A stretch of 60,706 nt of DNA, the filler included, from Bipalium vagum (lineage: Eukaryota), in the NCBI GenBank assembly GCA_037834085.1. It is 3 parts of 3 records of this genome, joined end to end, with 100 filler letters (N's around TTAATTAATTAA, not from the genome) between each part and the next. Parts side by side here need not be neighbours in the genome. Positions count along the whole stretch, not along the records: positions 20,104 to 41,982 come from JBBMKC010230298.1; 2 more parts are not named here. The stretch is one strand, 5' to 3'. The number at the start of each line of letters is the position of its first letter. The first letter of the stretch is position 1. The notes under the pieces were generated by a model. The model was given only the letters and a program-made list of their open reading frames with translations, did not search any database and was not told where the DNA came from. Shown piece after piece: positions 27,461-41,176 of the stretch. The position numbers and the translations under genes were made by a program.

Positions 27461-28055
27461 GTCACCTTTTTTCATTTCTCTATCTTGATAGGATCTACGA
27501 TTAAATTAAAAAATTCTTTTTAATCAATAAAAATGTTAACAGTGGATTAAAATTAGTTTTTCTTTCATTATTGAGAAAATGATGGGCAATATTTGACTTT
27601 AAGAATATGAGGACTCAAAATTTACCTTGCCTCTAATAAAAGAGGTTCAAAATTAAAAATAAGTGTTTTTTCTTTTAATTATCATTTTATTTTTTTCTCA
27701 GATTTTTTGGGAAACAAAAAATTAAGTATATAAAAAAAATTTTTTCAATTTGAATTAAAAAATAAAAATAATTATCATCATTATATTTTTACGATTTCTA
27801 GTCTTCATTTTGTTAGTACTATTCACTTTGATTTCATTCGTGACCGCATTTCAGAAGAAATCTGAAACGGCACTACTTAATAATCATAATGCGATTATCA
27901 TTCAGCAAGAAATGAGCAGCTTCATTAGCCTGTTCTGTGATACGTTTTTCCCTTTTTATCGCTTTTGGGAGATTTGTAAAATAACCTGTGATATTACATA
28001 ATATATACAGGGTGTGCATAAAGTAAGTGTCCGATTGTAAAGTCTAATAAATATA

Positions 28056-29507
28056 CATTTAATTCTCTTTTTATGGGGTATATACGGATCAGAAAAATTC
28101 GCAAATAAAAAATCGCATAAAAAAACATTTATATACAAAATGATAGATACGGACCACCGTCCTGGAAAATTTTATCTAATGGTCTCCCATTGGAATTTGA
28201 AAAAAGATATTTTTATAAAATGTTATTTTTAGGGTCTCAACTGTTTATAAATACGAAAAATACCAATTAAACGAAAAAAACATGAAAACAAGCCACATTT
28301 ATTATTATTCATGCATAAAATAATCAGTAATTAATGTCTGTGATCGATTGGATAAATTTTTACAGAGTTCTCGGTAACCTGACATACAAAATTTCAGATC
28401 ACGTGTAAATTTTAAGGCACGCTCTGAATCGTTTTCATTTAATAGAAAATGATTTCCCAATTTACTTGCAAGTTGAAGGCCTTCGCAAATTAAATTGGCA
28501 CTAATTGGGACTGATTTTTCTTGTGATTCATTATCTTCAAAAAGATCTAATTCCAAACGTTCTAAAATTTCTTTGTCATAGGTCTTTGTCCTCAAGCAAT
28601 TCTTCAATATCGTTCTCGCCAATTTTTTTCAAAGCCTCCGCCACCAATTGCTTTGGTCAGTAAAACAATTTCTGATGATATGACTGTTATTTGATTTGGT
28701 TCATCTTTATTAAATACGCATTCAGGCCAGACTTCTTTCCAACATGCGTTTAATATGTATAGTTTAATTTCACCAATTACTAATGCAGCATGGTTTTTAC
28801 AGTTTAAAATATTAAAATCCTTCCAAACATCTGTAATTGTGATTGATTTAGTTTCTAGCTTATCGAAAATGTAATGAAAGGTTGACTTTAAATAATATTT
28901 TTTGAATGCCGAGATAATCACTTGATCTAATGGTTGAATAAAGCTTGTGCATTTGGAGGGATAAAAATTATTTGTATGTTAGGATGTTCTATCTTTTCAT
29001 GACCTGATGAATTATCAAGACTTAATAAGATCTAAAATTCAATACCTTTCTCTGTTATATAAATTTTGACTTCAGTTACAAAGCAGTTATTAAACCACTT
29101 AGTGAAAATAGCTGTAGTTACCCAAGCTTATTTGTTTGTCATAAAATGTACAGGTAGCTTATTTCTCACCATTTGTCAAGCGATAAAGTATCATAATTTT
29201 GGTTTCTAGGGAAATTGCACTTCTCTTCTATGGCTTAATTTTACTGTCACACATTTTACTTAAGAAATAAAAAATGAAGTTTAAATTAAATTAAACACTT
29301 ACAATTATTTTTGAAAGAGCTGTTTAAAAACTAAAAACTTTTATTTAAATAAGTTTAAACAAACAAGTTTAATAAAACCGTATACAATTATATACAAAAT
29401 ATATAAACATTTTTAAAAACCGCACAAAAAATCGCATAAACAAGATTATAGTTTTATTAAAAAATAAACCGCATAACTTCAAAATCGCATAAAAAGAGAA
29501 TTGAGTG
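28056..29507 (-). mobile_element. Internally deleted pogo/Tigger element with both TIRs and TA target duplication
   Basis: TIRs CATTTAATTCTCTTTTTATG (28056) and inverted CACTCAATTCTCTTTTTATG (29507), TA on both sides; DDE_1 motifs AWVTTAIFTKWF, LDNSSGH, FIQPLDQVIISAFKKYY, LNACWKEVWP (ORFs 28604-28921 and 28305-28622). Confidence 0.93.
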
Positions 29508-29639
29508 TATTAGTATTAGTACTTTATTAGTACCGTAAAATATATTCAACGTAAGACTGCAAATTTTTGACACAGTAACCTTTAATTATTAAAATTTAAT
29601 AATTTTCTATAGGATTGTATGGAATTCCTTAAAATGAAA

Positions 29640-30160
29640 TGATCTTTCTCTCTTTTTTCTTAAACAACCTGTGATAAGCAAACCATTGTATACCATTTAC
29701 TATTGATAGTACTTTGGGTTTTAAGGCTATCATTACTACACATATTTTGAAATCAAATAAACAATTTAACCGTTTCTTTGAATAACTAGAGGACTAAAGA
29801 ACTGTTGTTGTTTTTGGTTAGAAGAGAGAAAAATTTGAGATTGGTCTGAAATAATCAAAGAGATTGAATTTGCTTGCCATAAAAGCGAGCTCAGCTAAAA
29901 TTTTGATTGGTAAAAGAATAGCAAGAACAAATTTGGAACCCCACGTGAGTGACCTAATCAAAGGGAACAGAGACCCGAAGAAGTTTCACTGTAAGAGCAG
30001 AAGTGTTGGTCAGGGTCAAATGTCGAAATATAAGGATTAAGGACGCAATAAAGGCCCGTACAAAGTGATAAGAAAGCTGCATGATCAACTATAATACGGA
30101 CATCAAACAGGTTGAAATAAATGTGGAAAAGCTGAAGAGATATATTTGAAGGAACATATA
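29640..30160 (+). mobile_element. Gypsy-like integrase C-terminal remnant
   Basis: STLGF segment and GPY/F motif GPYKVIRKL at ~30053. Confidence 0.55.
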
Positions 30161-30499
30161 AGGAATTATAAATATTTTATATAATCTTAATAATTCAGTA
30201 AAATCAATAATTAAAATTGTTTTCATTATTGATTTTCATGTAAGAGCAAAAGTCCGAATAAATAATTTTTAAATAGTTAATTTCATTTTGTAGATGGAGT
30301 TTGAACAAATTAAACTCATTTTTCAATCTATGATTGGGTCAGTTTTAAAAGAGGGTATCTCTTAAGGTGACGATTTCACTGTTTTTCCATATCTTACTGA
30401 TTTTTATATTTAAAACAAAAAATAAAATTATTATTAATACTTTAGATCTAATTTTATTTAAGCATTTTAATTAGTGATTATTTCCTTCATTGTTTTTCC

Positions 30500-31130
30500 C
30501 GATTGACAAATTTAACTGTTCATGTAAACTATCATATGCGGGACAAGTACCAGCTGAAATACGTGGATACCAAAACCTGAGTTTAACAAAGACCATTGAG
30601 AGAATGTTAATCAAATTTCATAATAAATAATAATTATTATTTTAAAGTTAATGTTATTTTGCTTAATCTCTCATCTTCAAAACCAGCTGTTGATTTGGAT
30701 CAATATTTTAAATGGGAACTGAATAGATATGTTATAATATGGTAACCTCAACTAAGACCGGATTACCTGGTAGAACAGACGTAACTCTGGTTTGCTGGTT
30801 GGTCAAAGATGTCTGGAAATGAATCTGGTCAGAAAAGATAATGAAGTCCTTCTGAAATGTGAAGAATTATACTAGATGGAAAAAAGATGATGATATTTAT
30901 GAGGTCGATGAAAATTTTGCAGAGGAGACAGCAAATTATGTATTGATGTTTATCCTGATAGTGGACAGTATACTCAAGCTAACACTGATGATCTATTCCA
31001 GAGAGACTAAGCGACCAGCGAATTTGTAGGATTTTACAATTTTTAACCATCTGTACTAGAGTAAGTTTTTTTGAAATTGGAGCTCTCGTTATTCAGCGTC
31101 CTATACTTTTCTTTAATTTCATGAATGATT
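30500..31130 (+). mobile_element. Decayed pogo (POGK-like) transposase 3' fragment
   Basis: TKTG...LVCWLVKDVWK*I...IMKSF*N pattern followed by an acidic tail. Confidence 0.55.
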
Positions 31131-32999
31131 TATATCCCTCGCGATATACTCGAGTATCTACAGTGTATCATTATAAAGGATTAGTACCCTTATATCAAGT
31201 GCATTAAATTGATTCAGTTAACCCTTTGTAGTTATGAATTGATTAAATGATCACTACTAATGTTATGAATAAAAAGGTTTTAAAATTACAATTAAAAAAA
31301 TTCTGAAAGGGTTCGCAGAAGACCCTAATAGATTCGAGAGAGGAAAAAAAATATATGAAGGAAAAAGTATATTACATACCAAAAGAGAGGGTTGAGCATG
31401 ACTATTTTAATTAAGGTTAATTATCCAAAACTAAAACAGAAATCAACGGAAATCACAAAATGATTGATTCGATATCTTCAGAAAGGGAAAAAATATTTTT
31501 ATCACTTTGTTCCGATCTCTCGATCCTCTTATCCGAATTTATACCAATTCTTCATTTTGCAGGAATGGAATAATATAAATGAATGAAAAGAATAATCTCA
31601 TAATATTAAATATTATGAAATATTCCGACGTAATCATCCATTAACGAGCAATAAAAATTACAAACGTTCCAAGATAAGAAAAATATAACAGTTTTCTGTT
31701 CATATAAACAAAATATTGATAATAAAATTGGTTATTTTTGCAGGTCTTGGTGAGTATATAAGAATTAACTGAGATGAATTAAATTACTTTAATTTCATTT
31801 TCGTAAATCTCCTCGACCGAAATTATTTTCTCTCATTAATTTTCGCAGTCTTTCACGTCAAATGGCATTAATAATTATTAATTTCTTACAAAGTCTTTTC
31901 TTCTGACTTGTTGATTTTCTTTGAATCGTTTCCTATACTCAATCAGAGACTGCTCCCTCAAACCTCTCTTGGAAGCGTGGACGGGGGGGTGGTGGTCCAA
32001 AGGAAAACAAAGGAAACATCATTATTAAAAATTATATTTCCCAATATCAGATTGAACGGGAGAATGAAACTTAATTGGTTTTATAATAGATCATTCAATG
32101 ATTTAGTACTCATTATTATTGTTCATAAAAGATATATTTCTGTCTGTCCAAAGATTTTCAGCGGAGACGAGAAATATATTTATCAAATGTTAAAATTGAT
32201 TACGATACCTTCGGAATCAGCTCCGGTAGATTTATGAAATTAGAATGAGTCTTTATAGTTAATTACTTGAATTATAAAAATTATTTTTTTATATTTTCGT
32301 ACTGTCTTGTCAAAAAAATATAATCAAAAAAACAAATAAAAAAAACCAATAAAAATGATTACTTAATAATAATATTTATTTTATTATTTATTTTAATATC
32401 AATTCAAAATTGACAAATTATTTATCGTGGGATTTATTTTTAAGTGGTTTTATTTTAATTATGATCCTCTATAAACTCTATTTTCCCATTGTTTTTCTCT
32501 TTAAAAATTAATTGGCAAAACCCGAGAAAAAATAATTCCCATATAATCATTATATTTATATATAAATATAAATATATATATTTCTTCTTCTCGTCTAAAT
32601 TACTCGAGATAGTTGAAAATAGATAAACTAAAACAACCATGTCTCCTTTTACATCTAACATTGAATTCAATAAAACAAAAATAATTATTGAAATTATATT
32701 TTCATTGTAATTGCGAAAGATGATGGATTACAAAATGTCTCTGGAAATCAGCTTTCTCTCTCGAATATGTCACAGAAAATATTGTTGGGAAAATTAAAAA
32801 TTCAAATATCCAGTTTAATAGGATAATAATATAAATAATGACACTATTCGAAAAGTGAGATATCGGGTGTGGCCGTGGATTTCTGTCTCAAAATACATTG
32901 AATCTAATCAATATGTGGAGACTTCCAACATTAGTTAAGAGAGTCCATATAAACTAGGCAATGACAGAGACAGAATCAATAATGAATTTAATACAAGCT

Positions 33000-33420
33000 T
33001 AGCAAGGACCAAAAATCGAAATACTATAAAAATTGATGGTTTTAATAGTTAATAATAAAGAACACCCTGAATGTTCCAACAGATAGACAGGAGGCCCTTG
33101 TGACCATGGATAATTTTCTGGACTGCGAAGATCCCGGCTTTCCAGGATCTTTTGCGACTAAGATTATAATAATATATCCGCTTTTCAACTCCGGTTAGAA
33201 TTCTACACAAAAAAGACTTTTGTCCATGAATGTTTAGAAGCGAAAGAAAAATGATGAATTGGCTGATCATCTTGTTCTCCGATAATTCATGAGGAATCCA
33301 TTGTCGTTCTTTCAGAATTTTCTCCATTTGATACAACCGCCAAAGTAGAGTGCTCTGATTAACATGCAACTTTTTCACCAGCTCTACACCCAATTCAGTT
33401 TCATCTTTTTTTAAAATGTC
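33000..33420 (-). mobile_element. Decayed mariner central fragment
   Basis: WIPHELSE...FLCRILTGVEKRIYYYN...IHGHKGLLSICWNIQGVLYY. Confidence 0.9.
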
Positions 33421-33439
33421 GTAAATATGTAACCGATAG

Positions 33440-33921
33440 AAATCTGATAATTAATCTTTTAAATGATTAAAATGGTGCTTGTTAAATGGATTTTAATTTG
33501 ATGTTTATTGATTTTCATATTTTTGACCAGACCACCCGACTTAACATGTGGATTTCGATAAATTCCGCATCTGATAATGTTGCAAAATTCACGGGTATTT
33601 ACAGTTCTTTCGTGACTTTGCTCAGGACGATCTGGCATAGTTCCAATCTCCTGATATATTTTTATAGACTTATAAACAGTTGATCGCAGAACAAAAAAGT
33701 TTTTAATAATGTCTTTTGCAGAATTTCCTGCTTTGAATAATTTAATAATAACACAACGGCTTTTATTTACCATAATAACTAAAAAATAAAATTTCGAATA
33801 AAATCAAATGTTACTTTATATAATAATGATAAATCAATAAATTGTATCACAAGATAATATTTAAAAATGTGCACTAAAATGATTATTTAAACAGTCTAGG
33901 TATTTTATTGTCACTCTGTAA
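33440..33921 (-). mobile_element. maT/DD37D-like transposon 5' fragment
   Basis: RCVIIKLFKAG...RSTVYKSIKIYQEIGTMPDRP...RTVNT...IYRNP; TA-CAGAGTGAC terminus at 33920. Confidence 0.75.
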
Positions 33922-34059
33922 AATCATATTCCGACAAATATATTTAAGCGTTTTTTATTTTTAATTACGGCTTTCGAACTCGTTTTAACGAGGATAAAAA
34001 ATCAATATTTATAATTATAAAATAATTAATTAAAATATCAAATATTAATTAAAATAATT

Positions 34060-34795
34060 AAGTTACTAAAAATAATCTTGATATTTGGATGCCTCATAAT
34101 TTATCTGAATATAATTTAGTCAGCAAAATTACTTATCGTAATTATTTATGAAAAAGCAATGAACTTGAACCATTTCTTAAAATATGATCAACGGAGAAGA
34201 AACACGGTTCACATATGATAATAATTTAAGAAAAAGTTCATGCTTCAACAAAGATGAAACTCCAAACGATTGTAAACCCAGATTGCTTCAAAAAAGTTTA
34301 TTTTATCTATTAATATATTAATATATATTATCTAGTAATATATTACTGAATTTAAATGGAATCCTGAATAATGTGTTACTCGAACCTGGTCAAATAATTT
34401 ATCATATATTTCTTGAAAGATTAAATCAACCCCTGAAATTACCCAACAGAAATGTTTTTGTGCTACATCACGACAACATCGGATTATATAAATCGTTGAT
34501 GACTCAATGAAACTGAAAAATCTTGCTGGAAAGCGTCCATTCACCATCCGACTATCATTTGTTTCTGTCTCTGCAGAATTTTCTTAATGAGATGCCAATG
34601 GTTCGAAGAAAAGACTGTGGAAAGTACATCGTAGAGTTTTTTAATAAAAATTTTCTGAATTCTACAGTTATGGTACCAGGTAAATGGCGAAAGATTTTCG
34701 ATCAAAATAGAACATATTTGATTCAAAAAGTTTTTATATAAAAATAGTTGTTTTACTTAAAGATGAGAAGACCTTTTATGTCATCGAATACTAAC
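34060..34795 (+). mobile_element. Decayed mariner, central to 3' part
   Basis: DIWMPHNLSE, GEETRFTYDN, PSDYHLFLSLQNFL, KWRKIFDQNRTY. Confidence 0.9.
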
Positions 34796-36133
34796 TGCCA
34801 GACCACATGCGTTCAAGAAGTATTCAATACATCATCCAATACCTCAGTAACTAACTTGACCTTTGAATAAGCAGAAAAGAACGGGTAAAGAGATATTTTG
34901 GTGAACCCATAGATGGGTTGTTTTTCAATTGCAACTGCAGATCCATTCCTTAACCACAGCTTACACTTGTAACGAGACTGACTTATTTTTTAACACAAAG
35001 AAATCGATCGAAGTTTTTTTCTATTATATTTTCTATTAAATAAATTATTTATATTTTTTCACGAGACATTTTTTTATTTATTTCTTGATTCAAACTTAAC
35101 GTTATATTGTTTTTTTTAATTTTTTCATAAAATTTAAATTTCAGTGGTGGTGGGGGAGTTCTTTTACTGAGAGGAATAATATTTTTTTTATTATAATTAA
35201 TAATATTTACTACTAAACACTAAAATCATAATAATTTATTTAAACAACAATTATTTGATAGGTATTTTTTAAAGAGCAAATCCGCTTGAACTAAATGTGG
35301 ATTACGCTTATAATAAAAATTGTCTGATGAAGAATATTTCTGAGATTATTTTCTCATTTTTCTAATGTTTCAGATCTTCTGAATTTTGCAGAGCAGTTTA
35401 AAAGGATTAGCACATTAAATAAATGAAGTGTTTATAAAATTCGTATAAGAAGATTAAAAAAAGATTTTAATATTCATATAATTATATGCGGAAATCTGCA
35501 AAAATATTTTTTAATTTTATTATATTATATTTTGAAAATAAGCTGTAGAAAAAACACAGCATAAAATCAATACATTCCATTAAAAGTATTAAAAGTATCG
35601 ACAAGGTGGCCGTTCAATAACTTATCTTATTTTCATTTAGAAATGTAAATCTGTGCTTTCTATGATAAAAAATACTCTTAAATTAAAAAAAATTAATAAA
35701 TCAATATTAATAAATAATAATAATAACGATAATAATATTATTAATAATAATAACTATGAGGACGCTAATCAGAGCTGATGATGATTTTTTTTAAATAATT
35801 AAAATGTGAAATAAATTAAAAATTAGTTGGGCGATGTAACTCAGCGGTCAGAGGATTTCATAAGCATGTGAAAAGAAATTAAATGAGTAATATTTCTGAA
35901 AGTGTATTGCTGCATGCGAATATAACTTTCCTAAGAGTACTTGAGATTTTTAAACATGCGCCGTTTTATAGCAGCCGATGAGAGATGGATTTAGCATCAA
36001 ACAGGAAAGATTGCAGTGAACAGAACAAATTCTGTCCATCAGATTATTTTGCAGACATTTATTTATTATTTCTTATTACCATTATTTTTTTTATTTCTAA
36101 TTTTCATTATTGTTTGTTTAAAAGAAAAATCAT

Positions 36134-37200
36134 TACACTATTGGTCAAAAGTTTGGAATTTTAACGAAAAATTAAAATTTGAAGATTTCTGTCTTAAATA
36201 AATTGTTTTATTTCTTTTATTTTATTTTACGTAATCTCTTCACATGTTTATGGAGTTTTTCTACATTTATATTGCTCCAAACATCATTCCACATATATAT
36301 TTGGCTGTTCGCATATTTCTTACTTCAAGGTCAAGCTCATTTCCAAGTAACTAGATAAGACTAAAAGCTAGCGATTGTGACGGTCAACTTTAACATTTAA
36401 AGCATTCCATCTTCTTTTTAAAAATAATTCCTCCTTCTTTAAATAATTATAACACAGCTTAGAAGTGTGTCTGTGGTTGTTGTCATATTGAAAAGTAAAA
36501 CGGTAGTCAATTAAATCAATGTGAGATAGGATTGCGTATTGCTGAAGAATTTGATGATATTGCTCTTTCCTCATAATACCATAATTTTTACTAACGCGCC
36601 AACTTCATCATAAACAAACAACCTCATACCGTTACTGAACCACCTCTATGTTTCAATGTAGGTGAAATACACTGGGTTTATATCGTTCATTAACAAATTG
36701 TCGACAATGACTTCCAATAAATTCAAATTTTGATTCATTAGTCCATGACACTGATCTAATCTTTTTTGTTACTACAATACATCAACAAATGTCTTTCTCA
36801 AAGTTGTCGTTGTGTGGTTAACAGTGAAATAGGTAAAGATATCTTTTCATATTTTTCATGTATGATATCAGAAGCAGATTTGAATCGGTTTGCAGTACTA
36901 AATTTTAAAATTTTATCCACAGTTCCTTTTGTTGCTTTTAATAGACAACCAGATTGATTGTGATCAATATTTTTAATTGTATCGCAATGACGCGATATAG
37001 TTTTCAAAATTGTACCATTTGAAACTTTCAAAAAAAATTCGATTTCCGCTTATAATTTGCCTGCTTCACTCAAAATAACTATTTGTACTTTTTTTCGATT
37101 GGGATTTTTTTGATTTAGCCATTACAAATATTTTGAGGAAAGAATAAGAGATCAATAAGATTTAAACTATAATAAATTACGTCACTTAAAAATTACTTGA
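36134..37200 (-). mobile_element. Tc1-like transposon, decayed, near full length
   Basis: TIR TA-CACTATTGGTCAAAAGTTTG at 36134; WTNESKFE, PTLKHRGGSVTV, FTFQYDNNHRHTSKLCYNYL. Confidence 0.9.
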
Positions 37201-38744
37201 CGTTATATTAATGGCGAAATATTTTATATATAAACTTTAATTCAAAATTAAATATTAAAACAAAATCAATATATTAATAAAAAAATATTAAAATTATCAA
37301 TGAAAATACCATAAATATTGTATAATTTTTTTTGAAATTTAACACATTGATGAATGCTAACAAAAAATAGATTTTAAATCGAAATTTTAACAGGATCTTA
37401 ACAAAAATATTTTAGTTTAAAGCTACATAACATAGAAACAATAAATACATGAAAATATTTGAGTAAAATAATTTAAATATCTAAATATGACGTTAATATT
37501 GATTTTTCATGTTTTTTCCGGCAATTCAACACACTTCGTGCAATTCTTTTCTATTATTTCATTTTCGTGTCTAAAGTGCTTTTACGAAAGATCTCCATAT
37601 TTCTCCAAAACAACAAACAAAAATCAATTAATATTATGTGAATAAATAAAGATAAATCTCAACTTAAGAATAACGCTGTGGAAACACTTATATTCTGGAA
37701 ATCTTTTACAGAAATGATAACTGTACCTTGTATGTTGAAGGTTTAGTTGTTCATAAACTTGTAATTTGTTTTTTCTATTTTAAATTTTTAATTATAAGCT
37801 TCACCTTAACCTATCGATTTTTTGCTGGTCTAGGTAAATGTTCAGGAGTTTCATGTTAACTTAATAACTGTGGAGAACATCGACGATTGTCGAAAAAGAT
37901 TCAATTTTCGGAAAGTTGTTCTCATGACAACCCCAGAAGACATACTTTTGAATTTTGGCAATTTCTTTTTGGTTTGAAGGTTTAAGGAAGGATAACAGTA
38001 TTACTCGTTTATTATTAAAACCTTAAAAAATTGATTTTAAATAATATTATTTATTTTCTTATAAAAATGTAGGATAAATGGAAATATTGTTATCACTTTG
38101 CCTTGTTCAAGTTGGAAGATTTATGAGTGTTTCCTAATTATTCACGACAGGCAAAAGGTTAGTGGACTTTTCGTAATTCATTTCTTCCTACAGATCCGAA
38201 AGAAATTTAAAAAAGGCCCCATGATTTGATTAGAGTGTCCCGAAGCTATTAGCGTTCATACTCTCATTTACCAATGTAAAATATTAGGAATATGAGGGGT
38301 AAGAGAATGTTACTCTCAATTTTTATTAATTTTGTTCATTCTTTCTCTTTCTTACTTAATTAAAGGATTACTGAAAAGAAATATGAGTTTAGAAATTTTA
38401 GAGATTTACTATCTTTCTATTTCGTTATACACATTTATTAAATATAATAATAATATTATTATTTATTATTTAGATCAAATTTAATGGAGAGTGAACTTTA
38501 AAAATCTTCGAAATATTCTCAAACGAGTTCTGTTTTCATATGCCCACAAGGTTGAGACCAGAGCTTATATTAAACCGAATGCCTTTTATACCTTTATGTT
38601 GAGATTGTGAACCATTACAACAGACTACCATAAAATATTTTACTTTCTTATCAATGTTGTCATTATGGCACCTTTATCCCTTTAATTTTTCACACATTTT
38701 TATATACTGGATCGTTAAGAATAAACCTACCATCCTATTTTACG

Positions 38745-39330
38745 ATGTATAACTAAATAAAATAGTATGAGTCAGAAGTATATTTATTGATATTAACAAT
38801 GTTTCGAATTACGATTTGACAAAACATCTTCATGTGTCTCAGTAACATCAATACAAACAGTCATTCTCTTTATAACACTTCAAATCACGGAAGGTAGATT
38901 TTCAGTTTGAATATTTCTAAATGTCTCTATGATTTTCTGTTTTAATTTAAACAGCCTATTTGATAAAGGATCAGCATACACGTCCTCCTTAACAACATCA
39001 GGGCCGAATGCAGATCATGCCATTGGGAATCAAGGACTCGATTATTACCGAACCTCGAGGGAATCAGGATAATCGTATTCAATCGCATTCAATAATTATT
39101 ATAATCATACCTATAATCAATATCAATTGTGACTACTGCATCAAAACTTCTGACAACTAATTATTCTCCAGAAATAATTTTTACAACTTTTACTTTGTTC
39201 AAAAAATACTGCCGGTTTTCATGAAGCCATTTATTTTTTTATCTTTAATTTAACAATTTTTCTTTTGTTTTACTACTTAAATTATATATCATTTTAAAGC
39301 GCACATTTCAATCTACGTTCTAATAATATT
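38745..39330 (-). mobile_element. Decayed rosa/DD41D-like transposon fragment
   Basis: VKEDVYADP...LKQKIIETFRNI...VIKRMTVCIDV..TH on the minus strand. Confidence 0.65.
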
Positions 39331-39413
39331 AAGGTTTTATATAAAGTTAAAATATATTTATTTATATTTAATTAACATAGAACATAAAATGGAAAAGAAA
39401 TAATTTCTGTCAG

Positions 39414-40055
39414 TGCCTCCATTCCTGGTTACCCTTAAATTCGACCTGTCCTTTGGATCGGAGTCAAGTCCTATATATCTATACTTTCTACAAAGTGAAC
39501 AATGAAAAAGAAAACACGACACTCGCCCGTTTTCTTCATCCGGAGAAGTATAACAAAATCAAAAGTTTCCTCTCGGAGAATTTGTCAAAGCGCCCAAATA
39601 TTGTGGAATTGGTCATTGATTTCCAAAAGTTTCTAAATTACCAAACGAGACAGCTTAATAAAATGGCCAAGAATTGTTCAAACGAAGAAAAGTGGGTTTC
39701 CATTGAGAGATCGGGAAAGCATGTCTTGTCCGTCTTAAAGATTGCTAAAAACGTCGTCAACAAGTTCGACTCGTTGAAAGCACAGATTGAATGTTTAAAA
39801 TTCGTCGAGAGAGATGATGACATTCATAATGCTTTTGACAAAATGACTCTTCGAGAATTTTATTTCGGAATTATTTTTGAAGGACTGTTTGAAAGATTCG
39901 CGTCCACCTTCAATAGGATTTATTCAATAATAAGGTACACCTTCAACGGCCTTCTAAATATCAGTCCAGAAACAGGGCATAACATGATACAGAATAAAGA
40001 CATTTCTCACAGATATCATAAATATGAAATTTTTTATTATTTTCTTATTGTTTAA
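39414..40055 (+). CDS. Orphan reading frame starting with the C-terminal half of a RING finger; terminal exon or 5'-truncated gene copy
   Basis: Extending ORF 39453-40055 upstream in frame gives (NFCQ)CLHSWLPLNSTCPLDRSQV, the RING CxxxW...CPxxR signature. It is preceded by a possible acceptor tttctgtcag (AG at 39412-39413) and followed by ~200 open codons, unusual in this AT-rich background. Confidence 0.65.
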   Translation, partial: CLHSWLPLNSTCPLDRSQVLYIYTFYKVNNEKENTTLARFLHPEKYNKIKSFLSENLSKRPNIVELVIDFQKFLNYQTRQLNKMAKNCSNEEKWVSIERSGKHVLSVLKIAKNVVNKFDSLKAQIECLKFVERDDDIHNAFDKMTLREFYFGIIFEGLFERFASTFNRIYSIIRYTFNGLLNISPETGHNMIQNKDISHRYHKYEIFYYFLIV

Positions 40056-41116
40056 ATGTGCTAATTGAAACTTATTAAAACAATTAAACATTTATTCAAT
40101 ATCATCGACCTTTCTTCCTACCTTCTGAGATTAAATTGATTTTAATTGATTAATAAAAATAATAATTAATTCTTAAAATAAAATCTGTTTGATATAAAAA
40201 AGATTTTTATAACAGAATTTACCAAGATTTTTAAATATGAATAAAAAAATGTAAATGATTTTTATGAAATTTGTTTTAATGTTTAAAAATTATTCAAATA
40301 ACTGAAAGTTCAAATAACTGAGCGCCGACTGTATTTATTTTAATCAAAAAAGAATTTTTAAGACCTGTTATTTTATTATTTAATTTTTTAAGGTTTTATA
40401 TATTAATAATAACAATAAAATTATAAAAAAGAAAGATAAAAATAAATAAATAATACGTTTATCGATTGACTTCAAACATGTAGTGGAAATATTATTCTAA
40501 GTATAATTTATTTGTTTGATTAAAATGTACCCAGCGGTATTTTATTATGATATTTATTAATTACTTCATTTATAATATAATAGTAAAAAATAAAGTTTTT
40601 TCTTAATTAACGTAGCCGATATTTTTCAGAAAGATTACATTACTTTGCAATCAATAATTTTCTTAAGAAATCCCATTAATTAAATTGATTTAAAATTCGA
40701 TTATCTTCGGAATATTTAGAAGAAAAAAAGTTTTAATTTAATATTTTTACAATAAAATCCTTACAAAAATAACGCTATAGACGAACAGCGTTTTTTCGAA
40801 AATCATTTTAAATTTACTTTTGATTTTTATTTTATTTTTCTTTAAATTTTAATATTGTGCACATTATTTAAAATGAAATAAAATATTATTTTTAATTTTA
40901 AAAATTTTTCTTATAATTTTAATATTTTTTATTGAAAAATTCTTTCTCTTGTTTCACTTGTTTTTTGAGAATTTTTCATCTCAATCCAAGAAATTTTATT
41001 CATGGTAATTAATTAATTAATTAAATTGTAGTCTAGAGTGCCAAAAGGTAAATTTTTCCGGTGAAACCAGATAGTTTTAACAAAAATATTTTTTTTATTA
41101 TATAATTATGTTTATA

Positions 41117-41119
<3 letters not shown>

Positions 41120-41176
<57 letters not shown>
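41120..41176. repeat. (ATT)n microsatellite
   Basis: Perfect trinucleotide run. Confidence 0.95.

Noticed and set aside
31744-31749. Possible 6-nt micro-exon (ttttgcag GTCTTG gtgagt)
   Set aside because: Good splice signals but no connectable flanking exons; could be chance.
31908-32237. 109-aa ORF
   Set aside because: No recognisable motif or splice context; compatible with chance or decayed repeat.
38073-38157. AG/GT-bounded segment reading INGNIVITLPCSSW as the missing first half of the RING
   Set aside because: Lacks the His after LPC and the N-terminal CxxC; spacing to the next Cys is incompatible.
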